DNA from: Camelus ferus
Lineage: Eukaryota
Direction of reading: 5' to 3'
DNA: 64,000 nt
NCBI RefSeq assembly: GCF_009834535.1
Contig: NC_045697.1
Location: 79,734,001 to 79,798,000, forward strand
A program made the position numbers and the translations under genes. The notes under the pieces were generated by a model, which saw nothing but the letters and a program-made list of their open reading frames with translations, was not told where the DNA came from and did not search any database. Shown one piece after another: positions 27,566 to 41,874 of the stretch (within the stretch, counting starts at the first letter, position 1; every line of letters begins with the position of its first letter).

Positions 27566-29699
27566 CCTTCACAAGAAAATAATTTTGAAAGTCAACAGAG
27601 AAGGAAACAGGTAAAGTCCCTTCCTTCTTGGAACTTAAAATATTTAGCCTCTTATTTTAGTAACTTAATGTATATTCTAGGCTAGTAACACAGAACATAT
27701 GCTCATATCAGGCTTAAAGACACCAGAAAATGAGAGTAGAAACAAAAAAAGATACATGTAAAGGAATTTGTTAACAGCACAAAATTGTATATTTACCCAA
27801 AGAGCATCCTCTTCCATCACAGAGACAGGGTTTAATAATGAATAGTATATAGGTTCATCTGTTTTACATAAAAATTTTGAACATACTAGACATTCTCTCA
27901 GATGGACACAGGTGACATAGTCTGATGTTCAACAGGATACCAGGTTTCTTTTCTCTCATTAAAGTTTTCCCCCCTCTACTTGTTTATTTTGTCAATTTGT
28001 CACAGAAAAAAAATGCTGTTAAAGGATATTGAAAGGTTCCTTTATCTACAAAAACAGACAAATGAAACACTAAAGGGAGAAAAAAATAACCCAAGACACT
28101 CAAGGAAATACGCCTCCAAACAAAGTGTCCCTGCCAGAAGTTAGGTAATTGTAGCAATCGTCACGTGGCCTGTGGCCAGCAGGATAGATAGCTGTTAAGT
28201 TTGCCAGGACAAACCATTCTCCTGTGTCTTTGTAAGGACTCTGGAGTTTGTATCTTAAAGACTCCGAGGACCTAATGCAAATTTAAATCCACCTCCACTT
28301 ACCAGCCTTACAAAGAACATATCATAAATGCTATATATAAATTACTGTTTGAAGCTAGAAGATAGTACAATTTATGTTACTGATTCTAAATATTTGTTAG
28401 TCACAAAACTTTAGGCTCTGTGATTGTAGTAAAAAGTATGAGGAATATATTATTAAAAATGTTAGAGATTAATCTTTTCCACCATACATTTTCTTTTAGG
28501 ATGTAAACTAAAAGAAATCTCTACTTAAACAATATTGTTTATTTTTAAAGCAGTTTTTGGTTCACATCAAAATTAAGAGTAAAGTACAGAGACTTTCCGG
28601 TCAACCCCTTATCTTTAAGTTCATAGTTAATCTCTTTGTGTCAATTTTTAGAAATTATATTTCCTGTTAATTTTGTACCTCTTGTTTTTGGTAGCATACA
28701 ACTGATTTTTACTCTGGGAATGTTCTTTCATTATTATCTTCAAAATCTAAAATTCTGAAAGTCATCATCTGTTTTTCCCTAATAATCCTTATTCAAAGTA
28801 CACCTCAATATTCCTCCAACTCTCTTCTAATTTCTTTTCCTTTGCTCTTTTCTGCTCTCTTCCCCAGTTTATCCTAAACATAGCATACAGGATCAATCTT
28901 TAGATGCCACACTAATCACACTGCATTTTTTTTATGACTAGGCAACATGTATAAAGTGGCTACCTTCATGAACTCCCCCACCCTTCACCCCTCCCAACAC
29001 ATACCCATGATAAAGGCAGAGTAAGAAGGCTGACTGTGTATATGGCTCCTCTCCAATTGTATTCTTCACTTCATCCAAACAGATGTAAATTTCTCTTTTC
29101 TTTTGCCTTTATGGATAATCTCCAAACTCCTAATACATAATGTTTCTTCTATTCAAAACATTGCTAAAAATTAATTTCTGTGACACTTTCTAAAGCTTCT
29201 TTTCAATTATAGCCACATTCTTTCACAATGAATGAAACTCTCCTTATGCAATTGTAATTAGCTTTTTTCATTCTTTTTTGGATTCTTGAGCATGATTAAT
29301 GAATACATCTTCCTTTCTCTCTACAAAATCTGTAAATATAAATTGCTAAGGGGATCTAAGGGTTTTGGGGAATTGGGGAGTCTCACTCTGTTGGAGAGAT
29401 CAAGAATTATTTTGTGAAGAAAAAGTTTTTCAGAGATGTGGAGATATGGATGGTGTAACTAATAGTGGTGTGACTTTAAATAGTGAGAAATGAGGCCTAA
29501 TTAAACTTATGTAGATTACTTCCCCTGTATATGTGTTAATTTTCTAATATATAAAATTAGGAGATCAGGAATGTAAATTAAAACAGGAACAGGCAGTTTA
29601 AATAAATCAATAAAGATAGATGGACCTAAAAAGAGTTACATTGTTTCTTGGTCATTTTGCACTTTGACATGTGATAGATGCGTAACAGAAGGAAAATTT

Positions 29700-30010
29700 C
29701 TTAAGGGAAAAACCGCCCACAAACACAAGTGCCATGATTCACGGCAGCCGAGGCTTGGGCCCTGAGGTGGAAAACAAATGCCCTGTCTGAAAGGAACCGT
29801 GGCACTTTAGCGTTACTTACAGTTGTCACGTAGAGATGCGAGCTCAATGTTGCCAGATCTGAGTTTTTAAAAGAAGTAAGCAATTAGAATTTTGATAGAA
29901 AACCTCCTGACTTTTTAAACTGAGTTCTAACAAAAACAAAATCCAAACTGTGTCAGCCAAACGAAACACAGAGAGGCCATACCATGAAGCTGTTTCCAGC
30001 CCAAGGCTGG
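29700..30010. mobile_element. Probable hAT-Tip100-type DNA transposon remnant
   Basis: ATGTTGCCAGATCT...ACTGTGTCAGCCAAACGAAACAC resembles MER45-like elements. Confidence 0.45.
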
Positions 30011-30199
30011 CCATGATGCTTCCTAAAGACTAGATCTCCTCTGGGAGTCCTTTCTGTGCCAGAGAGCTCTAGTCTAAGTTCCTTGAGGGCAGGGATGGTC
30101 TACCCTTTAACTATATCAACAAAGCACTACTACTGTGAATCAACAACCAACCATCAGAACTATTGTAATCAAAACTTCAGTTAGATTGAATTTTTATGG

Positions 30200-30800
30200 A
30201 GAAATTTGACCTACAGAGGTATTTTTAGTGGACAGAGTACATTGATAATTGTGAGCTCAGCCATTTATAAGAAAGGGCCCAAATGCTCAGCTCAGATTTT
30301 GTTAGAAAAGATTTAATAGGAAGCAAAGAAAAGTGACAGAAATAGTTGGAGAGGACGGAATTTTGTCTGGACGTACAAGACAATGGGGAATCGAGGAGAA
30401 GGGAATTATTCATAATAGTGGGCTGTGATGACTGGCTTTTCAGAGGAAAGGACTAAAATGATTATAATGATTAGTCCAGGGAAGAAGCAATTTGATTTGT
30501 CTGAGAGGAGGTTATTGGAAATCTTGGAAAGGGTGGCCCTTTGCATTAGTTGTGATGGAAGCTGATTGGAGAAGGTTAATGGAGTTAGTGGTGAGAAACT
30601 GGAAACTCCAGCAGTATGCCACTTTTCCAGGAGCTTGGATACAAAGAGGAAAAGGACTAGGGGGAGAGTGGAGGAATCCATTGGTTTCAGGGAAGACAGT
30701 GTGTTGGCAATGGGGAACTCCTGTGCTTGCTTGGAGTTGGATGGTGATTGTACTCTCTTCATTGTCACTGGTATCTTGGAAAATAAGTGATTTCTTTTGA
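30200..30800 (-). mobile_element. L2 internal (reverse transcriptase region) remnant
   Basis: Minus-strand translation ...ATLSKISNNLLSDKSNCFFPGLIIII resembles a decayed L2 RT segment; purine-rich + strand typical of antisense L2. Confidence 0.6.
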
Positions 30801-31674
30801 CTTTCATGTCCAGTGACACATGTGAACCCCTCTATGGTGTGAATAGTTGAAACATAAAATTTCTTGTTAGCTTCTGCATGGGATGATTACTAAAATTATG
30901 ACTCATTATTTGAGCATATTCGGAAGGTCCATATCTTTTCTTACAAGTTGCGAGAGATAAACTGTCTCTCCTATGTGTGAAAGTCACTCTAACATGTCAT
31001 AGGTGTCTCCAGTCTCATGGTCTTAGTGGGTTGTACTTCAAGAAATATTACTGTGGGGCCAAGCTGAGCCCAGAGTATTCTGTGGTTATTTTTGCTGGCT
31101 ATGCAGAACCGGATCTCTACCTCTTTACATGTAGTCCTTCTTCTGAAGTCCACATCTGCCCCCTTCTTGCGGCTGCCATTACCCGGGCTGAACCACACTC
31201 TCCTTCCCTGGGACTTCAGCACTATATCAGATTTCCATAAGCTAAGGACGAGCTCATGTCCCCAGGTGTCTCTCAGCCATTTTCTTTGATCTCTATTGAG
31301 TAGTATGGCACACTTTGACCTTCATGAATTTTAAAATTCCTGTTAGCCTATTTGTTGAAGTTAAACACAAATCCTCTGTTGGGTGTATAGGAGATAAAAA
31401 TAGAAATCTGTCTTTTGTTGAAATTCCCTAAAAACCACAGAAATATAGCTCATATAGAAGAGGGGAGACTGGTGGGTTTATCTGGAAAGGTGACTTTGGA
31501 TAAAATGATTGCTTTCCTTTACACTATCAATACACTATTGTATTGTCAGGTAATGTGGCACAGTTTTGTTGATGTTAAAAATAACAAAAATGTGATGGTG
31601 TAAAAATGAGCATACCTCCAGCTCATCCATTAATTTGTTTTAGAGTTCAAATTAATTTATTTCAAATTAATTTC

Positions 31675-31840
31675 TTCTACTGTATAGCACAAGGAACTAT
31701 ATTCAATATCTAATAGTAACTTATGGTGAAAGAGAATATGGAAACGAATATATGTGTGTTCCTATATGACTGAAGTATTGTGCTGTACACCAGAAATTGA
31801 CACAACATTGTAAACTGACTGTACTTAAATAAAAATATAT
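31675..31840 (+). mobile_element. L1 3' end (artiodactyl-type)
   Basis: CTGTATAGCACAAGGAACTATATTCAATATC...TGCTGTACACCAGAAATTGACACAACATTGTAAACTGACT...AATAAA. Confidence 0.88.
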
Positions 31841-31907
31841 TAGCCACCCCCCCCATCAAATGTATTTCTTCTGTTCTGGTAAAGATATTAAAATAGGTGA
31901 CTGACAG

Positions 31908-32223
31908 ACACAAAAGGACAAATACTGTATAATTCCTTTTATAGGAAGTACCTAGAGTAGTCAAATTCATAGACATAGAAAGTGTAATAGAGGTTACTAG
32001 GGGCAGGGGAAGGAAGAATGGGGGTTATTGTTTAATTTCAGTTGGAAAGATGAAAATGTTCTGGTGATGGATGGTGGTAATGATTGCACAACTATATGGA
32101 TGTACTTAAAGCCACTGAACTGTACACTTAAAAGTGGTTAAAATGGTGAATTTTGTGTTATGTATGTTTTAGCACAATAAATATTTTTAAAAAACAAAAT
32201 AAAACAAAATAACAAACAAAAAA
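31908..32223 (+). mobile_element. L1MB-like 3' end
   Basis: ACAAAAGGACAAATACTGTATAATTCC...GAACTGTACACTTAAAAGTGGTTAAAATGGTGAATTTT with an A-rich tail. Flanked by GTGACTGACAG at 31897-31907 and 32224-32234. Confidence 0.88.
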
Positions 32224-32234
32224 GTGACTGACAG

Positions 32235-32840
32235 TCATCCATCCAACAAACATTTATTTAGCACCTTCGTGGATTATGCCCTAGTGGTAATGGTAAATAA
32301 TTCTCACATATTTACTTATATCTCGCAGGGGACATGGCCAATTAAGTGATTGCAATAGTGACAGGTGCGTGGTAAGGAGTGCAAAGTACCAGGAGATCAC
32401 AGGGTGAGCAAGTAACTAATCTACAGGACAGAGGTTTCTCAGAGGAAGTTACCTTTGGCATCAGACCTGAAGGAGCATAGAAAAGAGCCAGACAAAGGGG
32501 GATCCTGAACAGAGGCAAAGTCAGGTGACACTGTCCCAGAGGTCTGTCAGGGCACAGTAATTCAGAAAAATGGGGAGAAGTTATGATCGCTCTCATTCAT
32601 TCAACACATAGATATATTGAGCACCTATTATGTGCAAGGCACTGTACTAGGCACTGGGAATTATAAAATGCAAAGGGACTGTCTTCATGGTGTTTACTCT
32701 GTAGTGAGGAAGTAACATTAACACATTAACAAATAATTACAAGACAGTATATAAGTACCAGAATAGAGATACATGTACAAAGGCTGCAGTAGAACAAAGG
32801 AGGAATAGTCAATTGTGTTTAGAGGTTTGAAGGAAGGCTG
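32235..32840 (-). mobile_element. Two L2 3' fragments
   Basis: CATCCATCCAACAAACATTTATTAGCACC and CATTCATTCAACACATAGATATATTGAGCACCTATTATGTGCAAGGCACTG. Confidence 0.8.
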
Positions 32841-34189
32841 AAGATTTATTTTCCAACCATCCAGATGTTAAGGGGACTTTGTTAAGTTTTATTTGGAGGA
32901 TTCATTCTGAAGATAATATTAATTGAAGACAATATGTTGTGCTACCAAAAGAATATGTTTGTTTTCAGCAGGTTTCAGACTAAGAACCTAGAATAAGTGA
33001 GAAGAATGATGCTTGTGGAGTGTCTGCACATTCTATTTGGGGATTTGTTTCTATGATGGAGAAAGACGATTTGCTAACCCCAAGGTTGCAGGAGATACCT
33101 CAAAGACCATCTACTTCCATTACATTTTGCTTTATGTGAACCCAATATAAGTGATCTCCTCAGAAAGAGGATTGAAGTACATAATCAACTCAAGTACCAT
33201 GTACTCATATAAATTAATATCTTGGAATGACATGTTGCTAGGTGTTTGTTTAGTGCAATTTGGCTTCTGAAGGCTTGATCATATCTGGTGCCAACACAGC
33301 TGAGTAAATTTAGAAGATTAAAATAAACTGGATTTAGAGTAACTGGAAAAACTTCAGGCACTTTTAACATATAAATAAGAGTAGACTATATATTACTTGT
33401 CATTAATTCCTAGAAAAATAATATTTTAAGAAAGCAAAATTATACTAAAGCAAGGACTTTTATGATATGTGAGGATTTGGGTATTTGACAAAAGATACTT
33501 CAAATGAATGTGTTTGAAGTTTCCCTTAAAAATGGACCTTTAGTTAGAGCTTAAGAAGCCATGGTGACCAGTAGGTCTGAGGCCAACTGAGACCCAAGGA
33601 GCTAAAATGACCTGCTCAGAATGACACACCCCCAGGTAGAGCCTCCCCTATACGCGTTTCTTGTCTTGCCTGTGCTTTTTCTCTGTACTTCCATGCCTCA
33701 GAATGACATACTTACTTTGGCCGCCTCAATTCCCAGTAGATTAAGGAGACAGATTAAAGAGGTAAAGTTATGGGAACGTCTCTGGACTTCTTCTTAAATT
33801 ATAAGCGAGAGAAATAATAAAACATTTATACCTTATCACTTAATTAATATTCACATAATTTTACATGGTTTTCTCATTGTTCTTTTTGAAATTGAAATGT
33901 AAAATCTGGTTTGCTTTTTAGTTTACCTGCTACTAAGCTACACTTTTGCAATGAAAAGTAAGTAATTCTATTTATTATTTAGAATAAAACACATATTAAA
34001 ATAGTATCTAGGGTACTGGGTGAATTATAAATATCATCAGAAGGCAACAGGATGATGATGTACAGACGGGTAATATGGAAAATGAAGCATGTATTTCATC
34101 TACGGAACTAAAGTAAAATTAGAAGAGAGTACATCCTTTATATAATAGTAAAAGAAATCAGATAATTTATATGGAGGGGCCAGCCATCT

Positions 34190-35340
34190 AGAGAATGGCA
34201 AGTCCTGTGTTTGACACACTTGATAGTTTCCTGAACAAAGTAACCGTCTCTAGCCTGGCTGACCTGTTGTGAAGAGGAGAGCACTTGAAGCAAGAACCTA
34301 GCCAGTTCTCTGTAGCTCAGTTCCCTTCTTATGGAATATCAAGCAATGGGACGGATCCGGGCCACTTGATTTAACATCTTTACAGATGACCTGGGAAAAA
34401 GAATCTAGAATATGTTTGTCAGATTTGTGCTTTATGCTTAAATCCTAGGTGAGACCCCAAAGGGTAGAAATAAAGTTCAAGTTGTTTTGTAAACAGGATA
34501 ATGTTTCTATACAGACAGGTATGGTGTCCTTTAAAATGTAAACACAGGATTGGACTCAGAGCAAGAAATGAAGAGGGAGAGGGTATAGCTCAGTGGTAGG
34601 GTACACATGCACAAGGTCCTGGGTTCAACCCCCAGTACCTCCATTAAAATAAATAAACCTAATTACCCCACAAATAAGTAAGTAAATAAAAATTGACATT
34701 AAAAAAAAAAAAAAAAGAAAGAAATGAAGGAAAAGACCAGGAAAAAAATTGGGTACAAGCTGAACAGGAGTCAGTAATACAGTGCCATTGTTTAAAAATG
34801 CCTACACCATGCTGATTGTGGTTTTCACTAATTCCATGTTTGTGAATGGCCAACCTACTTTAAAAAATAAAAGATAAAACTGAAGAATGTTGAAAAGTAA
34901 TCCAAGTGATAGCAAAGAAAGAAAAAGGAAGTCATAGATGAGTGCAGGTTTAAGAAATTAGGATAGTTCAATCCAGAAAATAAAATAAAAACAACCAGAT
35001 AAGGTAAAAAATTACTTATATGGATGCTTTCAAGTATAGGAAGGTTTTTTTTTTTTTTTTTTTGGAAGGCAGAGGTTGATTATTTTCTTTCTTTTTTTAA
35101 TTGAAGTATAGTCAGTGTACAATATTGTGATCATTTTCTTTTTATATTGAGATAGAGGGAAAATGGGTTCAGTGAAAGCAGAAAGATATTTTGGTGACTG
35201 GCAGAGTGATAAATATTAGAAGAGACAAAGAGAAGAGTGAAACTACCATCCTGGAAATCTAGACTAAGATAATGAATGATCATTTTTCCTTAAGATTTGA
35301 GATGTTGACTTGCTTGAAAAATGCTTTGCAGATGACTTGA
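34190..35340 (+). mobile_element. CR1/L3 LINE remnant interrupted by a SINE and a short L1 tail
   Basis: TTTAACATCTTTACAGATGACCTGG...GTCAGATTTG (decayed FNIFINDL...KFADD-like RT motif), then CR1-like TTTAAGAAATTAGGATAGTTCAATCCAGAAAA and TTCAAGTATAGGAAGG. Confidence 0.6.
34574..34718 (+). mobile_element. tRNA-derived SINE (Vic-1-like)
   Basis: GGGTATAGCTCAGTGGTAG...GTCCTGGGTTCAACCCCCAGTACCTCC, poly(A). TSD AAGAAATGAAG at 34563-34573 and 34719-34729. Confidence 0.92.
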
Positions 35341-36589
35341 ATTGTCTCTTCCGCCATTCTTGTGACTGTAATTTGAAGTTTGCCAAAAACTCTGAAATAA
35401 ATGATGAATTTTAATTAAAATAAAAAAGGCAGAACTATGTAACATTATTTTTTGAGACTCCTACAGAGGTGCATTAGAAAAAACTTAAATTTTATAGTCA
35501 ATTCATGAATTGGCTCAAAATTTCTCTGTATTTCTTCCTTTTGGGAGATATTCATCTGTGAACTGTCCATTCATCTTGCCTTAGATTGATTTATTTAAGG
35601 GGAGAGAGGATGCCCAGGGGACCCTTGCAGAATAATGGGCAGATGGGCTGATTTCTTGCTTATTAGTCAGCTGGAATGGTTTGATTTTAAACTTCTTCCT
35701 AAGGGATAGGAGCCACTTAAAATGAGGTTTACTCAATCATGGAAATATAATTTAAAATAAAGATATTATTTTGTGTCCCCCATGCCCCCCACTTATTTCT
35801 CATTTTTGGTATTCTAGTTGGACTTGAGGACTTAGTGTTATCACGGATGAAACCTTAAGTCGACCAGTGGTTCTTTTGTTCTTTTGTTATCAGAGTAGGA
35901 CAGATGTAACTGCAGGGTTCAGCGGGAGGGAGCTAGCTAGTAGAAGCCTCTCATTAAAGAAGAATTGGGAAATCCCATCTGAACACCCCTCCTCCTTTTA
36001 TTTAGTAAATGGAAAACACATGATGAATAAAACAGTGAGATCCTTAATATCAAATGCAAGAGTATGTGAGAACTGCAGTAAACCTTATTCTTTCTCTCCT
36101 TCTATCTTTTCTAAAGCAAATCATTTGTATTTGCTCAAGTTCAGCACAGCATGTTTTGAGGTAGTCCCATTAAATGTAATTACTATGTGATCAAGTTGTG
36201 GTTTAACTCTTCTCTGAGCCCAATAGAGTACTTTAGAAATAAAGAGCTTCTCAAACCAAAGCATCCCAAATATCCATGACAGGAATGTTCATACTGTCAC
36301 ACATGAATCAAAGCATTATTTTGACTCTAATTAACAGTTATCTGTACGGTATCTACTGTACTACTCTTTGGCCACACACAGTATTTGAAGGATATATGCA
36401 ACTTAAATCTTACGTCTGGGGTTTGGGGAGGGAGAAAAATATAAAGAATGTTTTGAATTCATCTCTTCTTTCTTCTGTTTTTCCAACTGGTTTCTACATA
36501 TAGAAAACCTATTGTTCCACAGATTTGTCCCAGACCTTGGGCATAAACTGTGTGGAGAGTCAAGGGCATGGGTTAAATATGAGGAATGT

Positions 36590-36760
36590 GGAACAGTGGT
36601 AGTGGGAACTGGAGGACCTGTGTTGCAGCCCCGTCTCTGCCACCACCTGGCATTTGCCTTAGTTAGTACTTAACCTCTCTGAGCCACCTGTAATATGGAG
36701 GAACCAAGGAGAACCTCTTCATAGAGGGCTATGGTGTAGACTGAGGACAGTAATCTACAC
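36590..36760 (+). mobile_element. MIR SINE
   Basis: TCTGCCACCACCTGG...TACTTAACCTCTCTGAGCC core. Confidence 0.65.
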
Positions 36761-36933
36761 ACAGTCACCTCGTGAATGTCATGTGCTAGAGTACCAATTT
36801 GGTTTCTCATTGGGAACTGAAGTCCATTTTCCCAGTGGAGCGTAAGAGGAATTCCAGAGCAGTGAGAACTCTGAGACAAGAAAGACTGTCTTTTTTGTTG
36901 CCAGCTATTCTCCATTCCCACCTTCAACCTTTT

Positions 36934-37287
36934 TTATTTTCATAATTATAAAATTTTTTGTAAGTAATTTTTATTTTTTAATTGAAATATAGTTGATTTT
37001 TAATTTTGTATTCTTTTCAAGTATATACCATAGTGGTTCAATATTTTTCTGGATTTTACTCCCTTTAAAGTTATTACAAAATAACGGCTCTATTTCCCTA
37101 TGTTGCACAATATATCCTTGTTCCTTATCTATTTTATACATAGTAGTTTGTATCTCTTAATCCCCTATCCCTATCTTGCCCCTCTCCCCTTCCTTGTCCC
37201 CACTGGGATCCACTAATTTGTTCTCTATAACTGTGAGTCTGTTTCTGTTTTATTTTTTAGATTCCACATATAAGTGATACCATAGTA
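36934..37287 (-). mobile_element. 5'-truncated L1 3' end
   Basis: TTTAATTGAAATATAGTTGATT...TTTTTAGATTCCACATATAAGTGATACCATA. Near-TSD TTCAACCTTTT (36923) and TTCACCCTTTT (37288). Confidence 0.88.
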
Positions 37288-40200
37288 TTCACCCTTTTAA
37301 CTGTTTTCCCAGAGGGATTCCATGCTGAGAGTGTAGATTATTAATTTCCCCATCTGCTACTTTTGGTGTTGGGGCTCTAGAAGTAGAGTCTCTAGAGATG
37401 TTTGTGGGGTTCCCAAATCTTCCACTTAGCAGTGAGAAAGGCTGTAACGCATCTATGAAGTGTTTCCCAAAGGTAGCTTCTTCTATTTTCCAAAGTCAGT
37501 GATGCCAGTGAAAGATGCAACAATCAGTTTAGAAAAAAGGAAGGTAGTCTTTTACAATTAAACGAGTCTCATTTGTATTATCCAGAGACAGCCACCCTGT
37601 AGCATTCTCTGTTTTAATAGGTTAGTGTTCCTAGGCTGAGTTAGAATACTCACTCAAACACTTGTAGATATATCTTTTTTGAAATTATCTACTATCATCA
37701 AAGTGAAACATTCTTTTCCTACCCAGGAAAGAAATGAGTTCTCCCCTGAAGAATCAAATTTTAGAGTGAGTTTTGGAAGAGGGTCGAGTTGACATTCACT
37801 ATACTACAAAAGAGCTTCCCTTATTGGGAAAGCATATGCACCCTAGTGGAATCAAATACTGCTCTATTTGCCCACATGGACCATTTAAATTAGATTACAC
37901 TTGAGAAAAAATGAAACAGTCTCTTTCTTGTGTTTGGAAGACCACTTACTATCTGGATTTAAGGGACATAATAAATAGTGATCCAAGGCATACCATGCAG
38001 CCACCAGTATGACCTGGGATAACATCACAGTCTTGTATTACATGAGGTGAGAATGACTGAGTGTATACCAGGATTACAAGCCTGTAGAACAACCTTGGAA
38101 ATCATACCTAGAGTTTAACTTTCTTATTTTAGAAATATAGGCACTGAGATTCAGGTAAAATGACTTGCCCATTTAATCCAATGAATGGTTGATCCAGGAA
38201 TGAGATTCTTGAATCCTGACTACTTATCCTATGGAGCAGACCAAAAATGCATGGTCTGTAATGGCATGATAGGAAAAAAAAAGTGCTCTCTAGGGAATTA
38301 AACCTTAGAAACTAGAGAAATACTTTAAGAAACAAAGCAAAACTTTACATCAAATGTGAACTGTCTATTATTATCATGTGCCTTTATATATATTATATTA
38401 TATTTGGGAGAAGAAAGATTTCTTTCTCCAATAAAAGCTACTTCAGTTTCAGGTTTGGTCAGAGGGAAGTTGTCATCTTCCCTATTGCCCTCATCCAACA
38501 TTATCATGAAGCCCAGCCAGGTATGTGAGTCTTTATGATTAAAAGAAAATTAAATGGGCATTTCCCATTTGTTCTAGGAGTATAGGTTCTGAGGCAGACA
38601 GCCTTGTAGGGACAATCTAACTGCCCACTTGTCACTAGCACTTGACCCCGATATTGACAACTTCCAGCAATCACCTGCCTTGATTCTCTCTCCTCCATTG
38701 TCTCATTCCTATATGTTGGATGAGTTACAGGAAGAACTTTCTTAATGATCTGGAAGCACGTGTCTTGGCTTCCTGGTTGAACCCCCTAGTAGAACCTAGT
38801 GCGTAGACTGGTACTAGGACCATCTCTTTTCCTGCTTGCTTCATTTTCCTATAGTATGCTGCCATGTCAAATTAGCTATCAGAATGGAATGAGTAATTTT
38901 CTGGGAATTACCAAAAAATGGTCCAGAGGAAGAGGCTCTGACTTCAAGTTAAGATCCAGGTTGAATGGTGGAATGGGAAAACCTTGAAGATGGGTGAATT
39001 TGAGAATGAAATTATACCAAGAGGGGAAATCAAGACCAATTTTAACTATGTCACTAATGTTCTGTAGGTGGGCCCAAAAGAAGAATCTCTGCTATCTGTA
39101 TTTTTATTTAGCTTAAAACTGGATGGAGTTTTCCAATTAAAATAATAATAACTGAGTAGTCTTGACTTATCTGCAATCTATTCAGTTGATCAAGAAATAT
39201 GCACTGTCTGTTGTGTGACCAGCATTACTGGAAAGAAAATATTGATGAGAAAAGACTGCAGCCAATATAAAGGAATCTCCTGAGGGTGGTTTTAACCTTC
39301 TGAGGTTAAAGTGAAGGCAGAAACAGAGAGTTCTCAATGAGAAAAGAGCACCTTTTCATGTATACCCTTGAGGGCAAGAATCATGTCTTAATTATCTTTA
39401 TGTCTCTAGAATGAAGAACAGAACCTGGCACTTAGCAGGTGCACAATAATGTTTGCTGAAGGAGTATTGACAATCTTTCTGAGCAAATGTAGAGAATGAG
39501 TAAATTACCTGATTCTTTTGTGCCTAATGACATCCCTATCTCCACTTTTCCCCATTTCCCTGCTTAGGTTACCATGATGAGGAAGTACGTTTTGGCATCT
39601 CTAGTGGAGAATGAAATTCCTTTTCCTATGGAAGACATATTTAAACAGAAGTTTAGATATAATAGAAAACTGTTTTGGGGGATGCAAAGGGATTGCCAGG
39701 AAATCATCAGGTCACATATAGTTTCTAGGACAAAGTGTGTTCAAACTTGGGAGCCCAGCCTTTTCTAAGTTAGTTTCACATCCATCTATTTTTTTAATAG
39801 GCTTTTCTACTATTCTTGCTGCTATGAGTCTGTAGAGGAAATAACAGATATCAAGAGTGTCTTTCACTCAGGATAAAAAGATATTTATCAAAGGATAAGT
39901 GGTGATAGGGGGGTTGTCCTGAGTTTATCCATGGTTATTTTATTTGACATTGCAAGGCATTTAGTTGGGCATAAAAGATAGTTGCATATTAAGCAGTTAA
40001 CTAGCTTGTGTGATTAACACCGAGAAGTGGCATAGTGATCTTGAAAGAAGGAAATTTTAACGTAGTTTTTTTTGTTAGAAAAAGTCAATTTGGCTAGATT
40101 TTAGGGAGAAGGACGAAAATAAGAATCAATATTTTTTAACTGGGAATGTTTCACTGACTCACTTCACTGATGCAATTCACGGATGCTCCTCTTTTTGAAA

Positions 40201-41392
40201 GCTCCAGTCACGTTTCCTTAACAAAATTCTGAAGACATTATATTGTGATTTATCTATCTCCCTTAAAATAGACCACTGAGTAAAATACTTGAAGACAGGA
40301 ATGTATAGATGAATTTGAGGAATCACTGGGGATATTTGAACTTTATTCTGAGGTGCTGAAGATTAGAAAAAAATGTTTTATGAAGAATAAAAATACAACA
40401 GTCTGGAGGTCAGATTGGAGGATAAAACCTGAAAGTAATGAGACAGCAAATCCTGTTGATTAAAATAGTTCAGATATGAGAGAAAAAGAGGTGGTACAGC
40501 GGTGATAGGAATAGATGCAAGAAGTAAGACTACATAGATGTATTTCCAGGGTAGAGATAAAAGGTTTTATTTGCTGAGTATGAGAGACTGGAAAGAGAAA
40601 AGGAAAAAGTGACAAAGCTTTTAAGCCTAATAGACTTTTTATTTTTGTCCAACATGGTGGGTAAAACTCCATAGCATTTGTACAAATGCCAAATTTGTTT
40701 TCCAGGTCTAAATAATTTGTATCAGAACTGTCAGCATTTCTGTTTTCTCTCATTATTTTCTGACTTCATTTATTGACCTTGAGAAAAGTTAGGTTCTGTC
40801 GTCTCATAAGTTTTCCAATGTCCTTGTTTTGTACTAGAAAAAAAGGAAGGGCAATTGAAAATGAAGACAGCTCCATCATATTCTGTTTGATATGGAATCA
40901 CTGGCTATTTAATCTGCTCATTAAATTCTCTTTGAGTCATTTTTTCCCCCTTTAACAGGTAGGTTCATAAATTCAAGGACTTCTAGCAATAAGAAAAGGA
41001 GTAAAAAAATTATCTAGGAGGAAAATAAAAGAATGGTCACACATTCTGAGAGATGTAGAAGCTAAAGTCTGGGTAAATGATATGATTTGTTGTCAGCCAT
41101 GTTATCAGTTAATGACAGCATGCTGATTAAAAACCTACGTGTACTGACTTTCAAACCATTGCTCCTATTGTATGCTATAGTAATTCTGGCAAAACTATAG
41201 ATAATGTGTGAAATCTTTCGTATGTTTACAACCAAGATAACTGTTAAAAGTTACTGCACAGACACATATGTATGACTGCAGAGAATTTGCAGGAAATCTC
41301 ATTTAGTTTCCACTTAAATTTAGACAGTCACAAAGAACAATTTAACATTTATCTCCTCAACTGTAGGATAACTTCTATTTATTGAAACTTTC

Positions 41393-41874
41393 TGTCAAAG
41401 AGATAATTTTCTGTGGGCTTCTTACCTTCCTGTACATCTTGCAAGCAGAGTCACTGGCTATCTTTGTTCTAGACTATTTTTTCAAGATATTGGTATAGCA
41501 AACAGCCCTATAAGATAGAGGAACAAAGATCAGGCATGCTTACTATCCAATATAAAAAAGAAAATGGCTCCCTTTGGAGCAAAGTACAGATATGCTTATT
41601 ACCTACTATAAAAGATTCAGGGTTCCTCTCCCATGTACAATCCACAAAGTGAGCAGGCATCCATTTGGACCATACAGATTTACCTCTGTGAGAGTTGGGG
41701 ATAAGGGAAACTGACACAAGTATGTTGATGTCCATGCTGCTTGCTATGGTGTGAGTAATAAAGTTCTTTGTCTTGGACCCAGGAGTCTCATATCTTCTGC
41801 CAGCATCCATGAAACTGTAGCAGGCTAACTTGTTAGCTTGCAAGTAGGACCTCAATCTATCACAATTCTGAACA
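41393..41874 (+). mobile_element. Complete solo LTR with a 5-bp TSD (ERVL-class)
   Basis: TG...CA termini, TATAAAA near 41606, AATAAA near 41757. TSD CTTTC at 41388-41392 and 41875-41879. Confidence 0.85.

Noticed and set aside
30406..30819. 137-aa ORF as a functional reverse transcriptase
   Set aside because: Only a decayed L2 fragment; no catalytic motifs are intact.
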